DNA of 63,162 nt, the filler included, from Craspedostauros australis (lineage: Eukaryota), in NCBI GenBank assembly GCA_030167865.1. It is 11 parts of 11 records of this genome, joined end to end, with 100 filler letters (N's around TTAATTAATTAA, not from the genome) between each part and the next. Parts side by side here need not be neighbours in the genome. Positions count along the whole stretch, not along the records: positions 1 to 8,221 come from JALAGF010006528.1; positions 8,322 to 21,214 come from JALAGF010006532.1; 9 more parts are not named here. One strand, given 5' to 3'. The stretch's first letter is position 1. Each line of letters starts with the position of its first letter. Positions 1 through 12,138 of this stretch are shown one piece after another. The position numbers were made by a program, and so were the translations under genes. Below the pieces are notes generated by a model. That model ran no database searches and was not told where the DNA came from. It was given only the letters and a program-made list of their open reading frames with translations.

Positions 1-187
1 ATGATGAAGCAGGAGGACAGCACTGCATGAGCAAGGGCAAGACTGTGTGCTACTGTGGATTATGTATGCTTTGGCAAATGGAATTGAAAGTGATGANNNN
101 NTTGTACTCACAGTTCCAACAATGCAATAACATGAATAGGTAACCAGAGACTACTACTAGAGACTGGGGTACCCCGGATTTCCAACA
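1..187 (-). mobile_element. Terminal fragment of the TGTTGGAAATCCGGGG...CA element family, cut by the window start
   Basis: CCCCGGATTTCCAACA at 172-187 is the reverse complement of the termini at 9903 and 13872 and matches the end at 12957. It also shares the GAACTGTGAG motif about 65-70 bp inside the end. Confidence 0.75.
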
Positions 188-199
188 GATCTTCTCCGT

Positions 200-320
200 T
201 TTTGGTTCCATTCACAGCAAGCAAAAATGAATGTTCAACGCTTCCACATGCATGTTCATGCTTGTTGGTATCGTTGCCTCCTGTTCCGTTTCAGTGTTTC
301 TGCCATGCGGGTCATATGTA
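200..320. repeat. Dispersed repeat; diverged inverted copy at about 18480-18600
   Basis: The translations MNMHVEALNIHFC (minus, here) and TNMHVEVLDIHFC (plus, 18540) match, and the DNA is colinear. Confidence 0.7.
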
Positions 321-444
321 GGACTTGCCTTGAGTGTGTTCTCACCCCAGGTTTCCCCAAAGCACAGCCCCAACCATCCTCCATCCCCAGACCGCCGTCG
401 GCCCATCCACTGGCAGGCAGAGGTGACCCACAAGCTCTGGCACA

Positions 445-800
445 TGTGTTGGCAAGTTCTGTGATTGGGAACCTACGATCGTGGAAGACGGTGTTGTTGA
501 TAGTTGTTCTGTTTGCTATTTCATTACGTTGGCACTCCAATCCTCTTGGTGTCCGTTCTCTTGCCTGATGCTCTTGGCGCTTCAATCTGTTTTGTAGATT
601 CAGTCTCCGACTATGAGTCGGTACGCAAGATGCTCTCTCGCTACTCTTTGTATTCTCTCTCTCTTTTGATATTGTGTACTTGTGCTACATGACACTCCAC
701 ATTTGATGCGTACTCTGCATTCGACACTCTGTTTGTTCATTACTGGTTCCTACTTCATGAGTACTTACCGTTTGAACTTCACCTCTTGTATCCATGATCT
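445..800. repeat. Dispersed repeat, probably decayed LTR-element interior; inverted copy at 8322-8690
   Basis: Long colinear match, e.g. GTCTCCGACTATGAGTCGGTACGC at 604 versus its reverse complement at about 8506-8529. Confidence 0.75.
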
Positions 801-1246
801 CAATGCTCTTCAGTCATCGAATCTTCACCTTCTGACATGGAGACAGATGTCGACATGGTGACACGATGACATCCTGTCAACATCAGTGGGCGTCCTTCTG
901 CTCTCCAGATGTCATGTTCCATTGGTCATGCAGTAGTCTGTCAGATGTTATCGTCATCTGAGGTTCAGTTGGGAAGTACCTCAAGATTCGCTTGGTACCA
1001 TACGTCTCCATTGATGGATGGACGGACGATGTTTCTAATTCTCTCAGAAATCGTTGATTGCAAATTTCCTCCAGAAATTCTGCTCATTTTCGTGTGTTCC
1101 ATTTCCGCTGTGATTCTGACAAATCACAGTATACTATCGACACGGATGTAGTTATACCGTCCAAGTGCGTATGAGAGAATAACGGGTGAACGATGCACAT
1201 ATACTCGTACATCTTGACATATACTCACATGTACATCTCGACACTG

Positions 1247-2593
1247 ATGACAGCTAAGATCGCCAAATCACCCAGCCAGGATGTTCGCAGTACCAAGATG
1301 TCTTCCAACAACATGGGCGCGCCGAAACCTGGACTGCGCAAGCACTCTTCCAAAATCAAACATGCGACGTCGCCATCTGCGACACCGAAGATGAGGAGTA
1401 TCGAGAAGACAAGCAACAACAAGGGCAAGACGAAGAAGAAGATCACCGCCACGTCGAAACGCAACGGCAAAATCACACCAGCAATATCACCGCAGGTTGT
1501 TTTGAACATGTCTAACGTGATTCCAAGGAATTCCTACTCCCACTGGCACTCCGATTCTTCGTCGTCATCTTCATCATGCTCGTCATCCTCATCATGGTCT
1601 TGTTCGGTGTCCTCTGTGGATATGGATGTTTCCATTTCATCTGATGAAAGATCGTCGGATTAATCATTCTCATCATCTTGTGGATCATCGTCATCCTCAT
1701 CGTTGTCATCTTGCTCTGTGTCGTGCTCTTCGTCATCCGATGACAATGAGCAGGAGGAAAAGAAGGTGGAGCAACTTGCGATGGCGGCCAGACGCCGCAA
1801 TATGTTCAAAAAGACAAAGGCAACCTGTGACAAGCAGCAGCACAAGAAGAAGAAGAGCAAGGGTCAGAAGGAACCCAGAAAACAATCCAGGAAGATGAAG
1901 GAAGTAGAAAAGACGAAGCAGAGGGTTGGACAATCCAGGAAGTTGGCAGTGTCTCCCAAGAGGACGCCCGAAAAGCCACCAAAGAAAGCAAACAAATCAG
2001 TCACCAAAACAACGCAGAAGACGAATCAACCTCCAAAGAAGAGCCAATGCGCCCTCATGTCATATGCAGGTGATAATAGCATGAGCGACAGCAATGTCAG
2101 CAGCTCAGCAAGATCGGTGGAATCGGACGGGCTCAAAGTGATGCATGGCACCACCTCGAAATCGACCAGCAGACGCATTTCGCGTTCTGGCAAGCGCCCA
2201 ACCTCCAAGGACCCCAGCCGTCGCAAGCGTTCCGTGTCCGGCGAATCTATGCGACGCCCCCCATCGTTGCAATCCGTCTCCTCCCAAGATCCGTCCATCA
2301 CGCTGGATCAAGCATGCCTGTCCAAGATTGGCGTCGCCAAGAAACGATCCAGCGGCTCTAAATCGACAGTCTCCTTCACCTCCGTCGCATCGTCCACATC
2401 ACCCAACCAGCGACCCACCTCACCCCCTCCGCGTGCCTGTGCAAAGATCCGGTACTTCAACAACAATCCCACCCGATCCATGTCGTTGGAGGACCCCGTC
2501 ACGCACCAGAGCGAGCACCACGCACGCACTTCCGTCCCATTGCGCCAGGGTACGATGTCGGAGCGCAAGCATCGTACCAGCATCGGCATTTAG
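1247..2593 (+). pseudogene. Ser/Lys-rich low-complexity protein interrupted by a single in-frame TAA at 1661-1663
   Basis: ORFs 1193-1663 and 1703-2593 share a frame. The only stop lies in a run of TCN Ser codons, so it is probably TCA>TAA. No recognisable domain. Confidence 0.5.
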
Positions 2594-4059
2594 GTGGCAG
2601 AGAATAGCATGGTGCATGCTGGTACTGCAGCAGCAGTGGAGGGAAGGGTCCTTGTGAGCTTTGATAAAACTCTCTAGTAATAGCATGAGTGAACCATAGT
2701 ACTATGTAATACTTGGGAACATGAGCACTACGCACATTCTCCAACTTGCTAGGGCTCCGAGTAGTATGAAGGATTCCAGTTTGCTCAACAGCTACTGGCG
2801 TGTCAGAAAGCAACATGGTCGAATTGTGTCATGCCGTTTCACGACAGACAAAGGGCGTCCACGAAGAAAGAAGAACAATCAATACGTTCCGTTCTGTGGT
2901 TGGTTGTAGCAAGGTGGACGATTAGTCATGATCAGGATGACATGACCAGCAATACTTCACACAGCATAGACGTAGACAGCAGACTGAGTGGTTTGTGTTA
3001 ACTTTAGACTTACGTCTTTTCTTAGACCATTTGACAGGCGGATTGGACTGGTCCCGGACATTGCGTACTTGCGTCATCGATGACGTACGTCTCTGCAGCT
3101 AAGCCACACAGTGCTCCCTGGGCACAATCTTCACAATTGGAAGCAGCTGCGGAACAGTCTCCTGCCCTGATGATGATGTCATTGACTGCATCATCAGAGG
3201 CGCCGAGACCAAGACACGCTTCCGCATCGGCGCATGCACCCTCTTCAATGACCAAACTTCCTGCAAGTTTGCCATCGCTGGAGTCATTAGAATACACATT
3301 AACACAAGCTTCGAACCCAACACATGCGTTCTTTCCGATGAAGATATTTGCCACGACCGGTGCCGTGGTAGTCCCTTGGTTGCTTCTGCGACCACCACGG
3401 ACGCATGCATTATCCTCTCCAGTGCACCCTCCCTTTTCAACTCGTACATTGCCAAAAATATTCGATGCAAGGCCAAAGCACGCTCGGGAACCGAGACAAG
3501 CTTGCGGTCCAATCACCCTGTATCCAACCTCAGCATCAGCATTAGGCTGGGTTGGCCTAAACCAACCAAGCGCCTCGCAAGGTCGGTCTGATCCTCTGCA
3601 ACTGTCAAGTATGATGATGTCAGGGTACACCTCGTTGCAACTTCTTTCGGAAGTGCAGGAATTGTCAGTCACCGTCATCACACCAGCTGAAGGCTGGGTG
3701 ATGCAAACGTTAGGACCAACGTAGCACGAACCATCGCAAGCTGAAGCGAGCGCAGATCCTGTCCCAGTGTAGAGCTTCATAGACGCCACTGCGTCCAACA
3801 GTGCCTGCGTCACACTCGCATCGTTCTTGATCTTGTCAAAGCGTTTCTGCGCCACCTGTTGTGTCACGATGTTGGGTGTTCCTTCATGACTGCATCCAAA
3901 GATGCTCTTGATCATCTTGCCCTTGTCACCGAGGGCGTTGACCGCAGCGACAAAGTTCGCACATGTGTCTGTTGCATCACCACAAAAGACGCCGCCAGTG
4001 ACCGCATGAAACGTCGATGAGTCATCTCCCGGTGTTGCGAGACATCCGACGGCGAATGC

Positions 4060-4440
4060 TGGGGCTGAAGTTGGAGCCGATGTAGGGGCCGATGTAGGGG
4101 CTGAAGTGGGAGATTGTGTTGGAGCTGCTGTCGGACCTGTCGGGGATGACGTGGGAGCTGAAGTTGGCGCGCTAGTCGGCGCCGATGTCGGTGCGCTGGT
4201 TGGTGCTGAAGTTGGCACGCTAGTCGGCGCAGCAGTGGGGCCCGACGTTGGTGCGCTGGTCGGTGCCGAGGTAGGAGCCGATGTTGGTGCTGAAGTTGGA
4301 GCCAAAGTCGGGGCGCTTGTTGGAGCGCTCGTCGGTGCCGAGGTCGGCGAAGCAGTTGGAGCTGTTGGGGATGATGTGGGAGGTGACGTGAGAGGTGTTG
4401 GGAAAGGGGTGGGGAAAAAGGTTGGAGAGTCTGTGGGCAA
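4060..4440 (-). repeat. Coding 12-bp period repeat (Pro-Thr-Ser-Ala)n
   Basis: More than 20 PTSA/PTAA units are visible in the translation of ORF 3022-4866. Confidence 0.9.
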
Positions 4441-4823
4441 GGCGTCCTTGCCAATACAGTACTCATCCACCTTGTCACCAGTGGGATTATTGTTGGTGTC
4501 ATTGCCTCCTTTTGGACAGGCCCCATCGACATCGCTGATGATGTAGACTTTGTCGGAGTCGCACTCCGTCTTCGTCATGCATCCTCTGCAGCTATCAACA
4601 CTGCCACATCCACCAGGAGGGACGACGAGGTCGGTTCTCATCCTGTCATGGAAGCCCATCTTCTCACATGACCCATTGGCGGCACAGCCACCAGCACCAA
4701 TGGTCAGGCTGCCTGCATACTTGCCCGCAGTACCATGATTGACAGTGGAATGGGCATCCTTGCAGGCATTGCTGCCGACACATGCATTCACTCCGATATC
4801 GATGCGACTCTGGAAGCGAAAGG

Positions 4824-5219
4824 TGTCAAATGCATAAATAACCACTATGCTACTATGTGTACACATAGTAGCATAGTGGTTATTTATGCATTTGACAAAA
4901 GTAAGAANNNNNNNNNNNNNNNNNNNNNNNNNNNNNNNNNNNNNNNNNNNNNNNNNNTTGGATGAATACTTCGGGAAGGACTGTGTACGTAGAGGGACGG
5001 GCCTGACTGCCTACGGGAGATGCCGGCTCCATCCTTGCCCTAATGCACAACATAGTAGCCTGGGCCCAAGCGGTATCCAAGCAATTTCCGGTCGTAGCTC
5101 GAGTGTGGACTCGAACCCAAAGACACTTGGTTGGTTTCTTACTTTTGTCAAATGCATAAATAACCACTATGCTACTATGTGTACACATAGTAGCATAGTG
5201 GTTATTTATGCATTTGACA
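4824..5219. mobile_element. TG...CA insertion with a 5-bp TSD (AAAGG) and TIRs made of a perfect 74-bp palindrome; contains an N gap, so the true length is unknown
   Basis: AAAGG at 4819-4823 and 5220-5224. Identical palindromes at 4824-4897 and 5146-5219. The TIR continues inward: AAAGTAAGAA at 4898-4907 and TTCTTACTTT at 5136-5145. Confidence 0.9.
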
Positions 5220-7002
5220 AAAGGATGGTGCTGATTGCTCCACACGACGGCCAGCTGCATTGCATGCGTCTGATCCGATACATGCACCGGTCTGGATGGT
5301 GACATCACCATGAGAACGACGTCCCACTCCCTCACAAGAATGAGGGGTGGTGCATGCCATCTCACCGACGAAGGTGACTCCTGTGATGGCTGGGTTGATC
5401 TCGTTCTCATTCATCAACTCACATGCACTTGCACCAGTGCAGGAAGAATCGAGGATGAGGGGATTGGGGCCCATATCCTTGCATGCGCTGTCACTGGTGC
5501 ATGCAGTGATGGCAACAGTCATGAATGGAGGAGAGTTGGAGGCGGAACCGGTGGCTGAGGTGCATCCCGAGGGTCCTTGGCAGCATGGGTCTGCGACAGC
5601 AGGCGATTGCATCGCAGCAATGTCCGCGCATGCTGCCTTCATCGCATCCGGTCGTTCGATGACGAGGAGCTGTTTGGTGGCAGCGACCAGGGCCAATTGG
5701 CCAGCAAGCACGTCATGCGACGCGTACTGGTTGAAGAGCTTGCGTGCGGCTCCTTCACCGAGGTCTCCTGCACATCCGAAGAAGTTTTGCAGCTGCTGAG
5801 ATTCCTTGACAGCGCTGATGGCTTCGCGGCAGGATGATTTGTTCGCATCGCAAATGATGGTCTTGGGGCTTGCCTCTTGTGGTGTGAGGGTGGTGGTGCC
5901 ATCCGGCTGGCAAATGATCTCGATGGTGGAATCAAAGACCGCTGGGGCAGCTGATGGTTTGGATGTTGGCAGGCGGGTGGACTGGGAGGTCGGCGAAGCA
6001 GTCGGCGACCCAGTAGGCAATGCTGCTGGCGCTGTTGTTTCTGCACCAGCTGGGTTCTCAGTGGGTGGCAGTCGGTTGTTCTTGTTGCCCTTGTTGGTGT
6101 TTGCGTCACCGTCGGCGTCCTTAAGGATGCGGGTCTTCATCATCATCATGTGGAGTTCCTCGGTTGGATCCACAGGAATCCTGTTGCCACGGAGAGCAGC
6201 ATGGGTTGTTGCCGTGTTGGTGACAGCGATGAAAGCCACGAAGGCTGCCTTGGCGTAGAGCGTCTTTGCTGTTGTCTTCGTCGCCGTCGTGAGACTGTTT
6301 GGTTCTGCACGTCGGGCGCATTTGTATGTGTGCATGTATGCGTACGCGCCACGAGGATGGGTTGGTACGGATCACGTATGGGTTGAGATTGGCAATGCGA
6401 GCATCAGGCATAAGTTTGGCCGCGAGTTCCGTCCCACGAAGAACGGCAACGATTGTGAGTGTTGCAGTGATGTGTTCGTTTGTGTGAGCAGAATTGTTGG
6501 TGTGTGAAATGACGTGAGACGTGGTGGCGAGCAACGACAACGACAGCAATCAATGATGATCAACAATATCCATCAATCGACACAACATCGTGACAATTCG
6601 ATCACGTCAAGATTGCGCACACAGGAGGCATCAGTTGTGCATGCGAAGAGAAGAGAAGGAACGATGGTGATGGAAAAGAGCAGCTTGAGTTAGATCGGCT
6701 TGGAGTAGGTGCGGGATGTGAGCACCGGAATGTGAAGCAGCGCGCGTCTAGCATCGGCATGACACGAGGCATCCTGGACGAGATGGTCATCATCGACAGG
6801 CGCAGCAGAACCGCTGAACAACGATCCGCGAAGATTGACTGGAACGTAGTAGGTATGGTGCTCATACTCGCAGGTAGCTTGCATCTTGAGCATTGGTGCG
6901 TGATGCCGTTTCACCAGTGCTGCTGCATCATCTGCGACACTATCCGCGGTTCGCGCGCGTCTTGACGTCGGTTTTGCAAATGAATGCACTCTCCGTTGTG
7001 TA

Positions 7003-7070
7003 GGTGTGCGTGTGCATCTGCGCGTGTGCATCTGCGCGTGTGCATCTGCGCGTGTGCATCTGCGCGTGTG
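7003..7070. repeat. 14-bp minisatellite (GTGTGCATCTGCGC) x about 4
   Basis: Read directly. Confidence 0.9.
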
Positions 7071-7693
7071 GGTTGTCGATTCTTCCTCATGCATCAGCTC
7101 GGCTTCCATCCCCCTTTCTTCGTGATGTGCGCGTACCTTGTGAGCTGTTTCTCTTCGTTGCGGCCTCAGAGGGGCTTGTCGTCTCCTCGCAACGCTTGCT
7201 GGTCGTTAGTTGATGGCCTGGTTGTTGGAGTTTCCGATCTGATGATTGATCTGTTTTATGAGGCTTTGTGTCGATTTCGGAGGCAACGAGGTGATTCCTG
7301 TGAGTTTGTTTCGCGGTGTTGTTTGTGAACATTCCTCTGAAGGAAGATTGGGGGTTCAGTGATGGCCAATTCTTCCTCCGAAGGAAAACCGCCCTCCAAA
7401 GGAAGGTTTCCGCTCTCTCAGGAGACAGCCAACCGGAAACACCTCCAAACGCAAACTGGAGACCACACTTGTTGAGAAATCCACTTGCCGTCAATTCAGA
7501 GTCCTTCTATCACACAAATTTTGCTTTGTTTCTCATTTTGCTTTGTTGTTGTTGTTGTTGTTGTTGTTATCGTTTTCTTGTTCTTGGTGGCGAATCACGA
7601 GACCAAAATTTCCATCTTGTCGCACAATTTCCCTTCTCCATTTTTGTATTCACACTTCGCATTCATTGTCCCACTCGCACAATTCTCTTCATC

Positions 7694-7754
7694 TGGTGTG
7701 CCACTGACATGATGCTGATCTGCATGTGGTGTGCCACTGACATGATGCTGATCT
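7694..7754. repeat. 33-bp period tandem duplication (TGGTGTGCCACTGACATGATGCTGATCT)
   Basis: Two copies read directly; a (GTT)n microsatellite lies upstream at about 7543-7568. Confidence 0.85.
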
Positions 7755-8221
7755 TCATGCGGTTTCAGAGTATTACATCTGTCATTCCTGACATGCACTG
7801 CGTAAAAACAAGACGGCATTTTCGTTACGAGCCCCTCGAGCGGGTTGACCTGCACTTAGAAATAGGCATTCTAATTCTTGGTCTGCGATATCCAAACCAA
7901 GCACATATTCGTACTCCTTGTAATCTCCTCATAAGGAATCAACCAACACATTTTTAGTCATGTCCTAGTTGAAGTTTTATGGATCTATCTATGCAAACAT
8001 ATCAGACAGGTGGTCCAACAGCACAAAATTCGTTGCTTTTTGCCGAAGGTTCAATGTTCTTGGGAATCTGTCCTGAGATACCCAGTCACGGAAGACGTTC
8101 TGAAGGTGTCGTTTGTTTGATGCGCGTTAATTACACGTTGACATGTGCCAAATCGTTCGACATTAGAGAGTTATCGCTTGTAACGTTAAGCCATCCCCTG
8201 ACCCTGTCGATGTGACATGGA

Positions 8222-8321
8222 NNNNNNNNNNNNNNNNNNNNNNNNNNNNNNNNNNNNNNNNNNNNTTAATTAATTAANNNNNNNNNNNNNNNNNNNNNNN
8301 NNNNNNNNNNNNNNNNNNNNN
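8222..8321. other. Artificial scaffold linker N44-TTAATTAATTAA-N44. The 12-mer recurs at 21259, 33225, 36242, 40422, 43028, 50724, 54168, 58761 and 61732
   Basis: An identical 12-mer with stops in all six frames is centred in a 100-nt N block ten times. Confidence 0.97.
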
Positions 8322-8668
8322 GACCCATGAAGATCATGGATACTGAAGGTGAACTTCAAATGGTAAGTACTCATGGAGTAGAAGCCAGTACTGAATGAAC
8401 AGAGTATCGAATGCGGAGTACGCATCAAACACGGAGGATCGTGTAACACGAGCACACGATGTTGAGAGAGAGAGAGAATACAGAGAGGAGCGAGAGAGGA
8501 TCTCGCGTACCGACTCATAGTCGGAGACCGNNNNNNNNNNNNNNNNNNNNNNNNNNNNNNNNNNNNNNNNNNNNNNNNNNNNNNNNNNNNNNNNNNNNNN
8601 NNNCAACGTAATGAAATAGCAAACAGACGACTATCAACCAACACCATCTTCCACGATCGTAGGTTACC

Positions 8669-9300
8669 GTGAGCGGAACTTGCCAACACGAGCACGCTCT
8701 CCCCAAACTCACTGCCAAGGATCTCACATGGATGGCAATCTGCAACAAGGCTCAGTTGTCTTACGACAACGAGGTGCGCGGCAATTGCTGGCACGCCATT
8801 CGGCGTACCAAAGACAGCAATGTCCCAAAGTACTTGTACGCCAACAATGCCATCCAACCTCCAAGCGCCAACGTCCTCGAACAACACAAAGGCTTTTCCA
8901 AGAACAACGAAAGGAAGAAGATCAACACAAGGAAGGCCAAAGAACGCAATGCCAATCGCAACACGGGCCAGAACTGGTCCTCCAAGCCTCCCAAGTCCAG
9001 TGAACCACAGCGCAAGCTTGTCAACAACAAAACCTTCATGTGGCATGTCAAGTGTCGCCGCTGGCGCCTCTTGCACAACACCGAAAGCCATCTGGACAAC
9101 TTCAAGTTCAAGGCAAAGACCAAGGGCAAGAGCAGTCCCAAGCCAGACAATCTTGCAATCGACATGGCCACATGGACGTGTTTCACAGCCACCTCCAGTC
9201 AGGACGAGGACACCTGGTGGTCTCTCGTCTGGGACCTCTTCACCTTCTTCACCCACCTCAGTATGTGACGTTGTAAGGCCCAATCCCTCTCTAGAGGGAC
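8669..9300 (+). pseudogene. Decayed Copia-like gag C-terminus followed by a PPT-like AGAGGGAC
   Basis: KTFMWHVKCRRWRLLHNTESH resembles a degenerate CxxC...H...H knuckle of diatom Copia gag. AGAGGGAC-TG at 9293-9302 resembles the PPTs at about 30347 and 42893. Confidence 0.45.
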
Positions 9301-9902
9301 TGGATTTCGACACCAACATGTGCCCACCATCAATAAACGGAAAGAGCCATGGACTATCATGCGTGGCGAACTCCTGTTACAACAAGAAGAAAGGCATTCT
9401 GGCGTGTGCTGCTCTCACGCTGCCTGTCTTAATACAAAGATACTTGTCTGACGTGTTTCTCCGAAAAGGGAGCAATTTCCCACACGGTTTCGAGGCACAC
9501 GACCAACGGAAACTCAAAACAAAAGAAACAAATGGACCATGGATACCGGAATACAACCCGCGCGGAGACGAAACACTCCGTGCATCGTACACCGAAGAAA
9601 CAGGAAACTCATTCGGCATCGCCCGATTGGTACACCCGACAAAAGGTCGCTACAACACCAAAACCAGACGAAGCGACCACCAGCCATGGGCGGTCATCAT
9701 TGGACAACACGACGGATCGTGGTCAACCAAACCAAGTTGAAACAGGCCAATTGGAGGTTACCACGAGGGTCAACATGGTGTACGCGACAGCGCCGTGGTA
9801 TCCCAACCATAGACTAAACTACAAACATAAATCCAAACTTCCATCAACTTTCTTCAGTAGTATTGTTAGATCAGTTCTTGTCGAGATGTACATGTGTGCA
9901 TG

Positions 9903-10683
9903 TGTTGGAAATCCGGGGTGGTGGTGATAGTAGAAAGCTACTCGTTTGTTAGAATCTACTTCTCTGAACTGTGAGCTCTTCATTGCTCTCAACTTCCCAA
10001 CTTTGATCTCTTCCTGAGATCTCCATGGGTTCATCTGTTGGTCTAGCATGCATTCATCTTCAATTCATCACAAATTCATCATGGACATGCATGCATCACC
10101 AAGTGCCCCATGTCCGTGCACTCAACACATTGTCTTCTCTCCGATAGTTTCGTTGGCTTAGACATCGTTGAGTCACAGGCATCACTTGGCTCGTTCCATT
10201 CAATTGGATTGTAGTCTCCCATTCTTCACAGGAACAACTGGATGATTGCTCTCTCAGCTTCTCATCATTGCACATCTCCGATACCTCTCCGATCACTTCA
10301 TCGATCCTTCGCTGGTTCGTCATCAGTGATCCGTTCACAGGGTATCTCACACTTCGTGACATCGGCATGTTACAAGTACTCTCTCTTCATTCGCTGCGAC
10401 ATGGGGGCCATAGTCGCGTGTGTCGTGATGTTGGTCACGATTCCAACATCTCTGCCCCCTGCGACATGCACGTGTGATTCGCATTCCCCCATTTAGGTCA
10501 CGAACGCCAAAGTCCGGTTCGCATTCGGCACGTGGCGTTCTCCACCGCAGGACGCGCGTAGCTCACATTTTCTGTCACAAAGATCCAAAGTAGTAGTTGC
10601 GGTAATGTAGCGTTTCTCGACAACGACTTCTTACTCTTGGAAGGTGCGGTAATTTGGTGTTTCAGAACACCCGATTCCTGACA
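9903..10683 (+). mobile_element. TGTTGG...CCTGACA element (solo-LTR-like), no TSD retained
   Basis: Colinear, diverged, inverted copy of 12139-12957 along its whole length. The flanks TGCATG and ATCACC do not match. Confidence 0.8.
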
Positions 10684-11297
10684 ATCACCATCCTGTCATC
10701 CACCGCTGCGCTTCGTCCATGGCTCGCAGATTCCAATCTGCGCATTCCTTCTCCCTCGCAGTCGCCATCATCGGCGCCGTCTGAATCGTGATGCGAGCAA
10801 ATTGCATTGGGCGTTTCCCTTCTGATGTATGATCACTGTCACAGTGCGTGAATACATGTTCATGTCAGGACGAGCGAAACACGAAGCACGCATCCCATTT
10901 TGTGGCGCCATGACATGCGCCACGAACGCGATCTAACTAGGACACAGTGGCGGTTGACGAAAATATGAAGCTAAAGCACACATTAATGAACCAAACAACT
11001 GCCAATTGGATCATGGAATCAAGCTGATATACTCCTCCATGGAGTGCTTTCCGGATGTGTATCGCAACGATTGCTCATTGCCATTGAGAGCGCAACGAAG
11101 GTTGGTGAAGAATGCTGCAATGTAATGCATGTGAGTGAGCGGATTCCAATACATCTTGACCTGGTTCTTTACCCCAGCAGCGGGAAGTTCCTGACAATCT
11201 CCATAAACTCCCACTCGACGCAGATTCGTGCACTAGACATGTCCTTGTTGCACAGAGCTTCAGAAGAACCCCGATCGGTGTTGCCAAATGCACTATT

Positions 11298-11913
11298 AGA
11301 ACGTAATCAAAGATGGGTAGGGTACTGCACCGAAAACGCAGAGTGATCAATTCGTAGTTGTTGGTGAGGATGATTGTTTGATTAGTGTGTTATTCGTATG
11401 AGTAGGTGAAGACTGTCGAGCTCCAAAGATTGAGATCTTGGAACTGTGAGCATGAGAGGCAACTTGCAGGTCTCATGCGATTGCAGATGGAATATAACAC
11501 GGAGACAACACGACAAATGTGCGTGTTACTGCGTGGGTTCAGATTTGCAAGAGTCAGAAAACAAACACCGCGATACGCCGTGTTGTAGGGTGCAACTCCT
11601 CACGATGTTGCGAGTAGAACGATCACACGATTGATCGTATTCACTCGAGAAAGTTGGGGACGGTTCCATATTTATCGGACCCAAGGCCGAAGTCTGTCCT
11701 GATTGGACAGAGTGGTTCATCTTGGCAAGAAATTCATTTCCGCGACATGTTGGAACTGGGATTGACGGGAAAACGGTTCTTGCGACGCAAAATGTGACAC
11801 AAAATTGACACAACGGATTTTCGACCAAAATTTCCGTTCGGAACGGAAATGGTAAGAAATGTGAAGATTTCTGATTGGTCGACGGGTGTCGCTATTGTTA
11901 GGAATATAGCGTT
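11298..11913. mobile_element. About 0.6 kb non-coding insertion in the Harbinger pseudogene; ends approximate
   Basis: It separates ...AYILGAY from SAFGNTDRG.... Its 11770-11911 segment matches 18845-18979. Confidence 0.55.
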
Positions 11914-12138
11914 GCGCTAATATGCACCAAGAATGTATGCAGTCGTTTGGTATGCCGGATCACACAAACAATACAGTGGATCGTGACCAGGCAACGGCAT
12001 CAATTCGCGCATGCGGTCTTCAACTTCACTCTCACGCAGCATGTACATGTCATGGCGGGCGCCCAGGATGGGCCCATAGTAATGAAGAATCAATCCGTCT
12101 GCACCAACAATACCTTGAAACTTCACTCCATGCAGATG

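Larger units (their letters stand above)
3022..6335 (-). pseudogene. Secreted Cys-rich protein with PTSA(PT) mucin-like repeats, disrupted by the insertion at 4824-5219
   Basis: It has a hydrophobic N-terminus followed by LRG, repeated GxxACxGxxAC modules and PTSA repeats. Removing 4824-5219 plus one AAAGG restores the frame (...EQSAPSF-RFQSRIDIG...). Confidence 0.85.

Noticed and set aside
4824..5219. The palindromic insertion acting as a spliceable intron (GTAAGA just inside each palindrome)
   Set aside because: The host frame meets a stop within the palindrome (CQMHK*) before that donor, so splicing there would not restore the protein.
7780..7793. ATTCCTGACA as another end of the 6-bp-TSD family
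   Set aside because: Only about 10 bp match, and I found no partner end or TSD.
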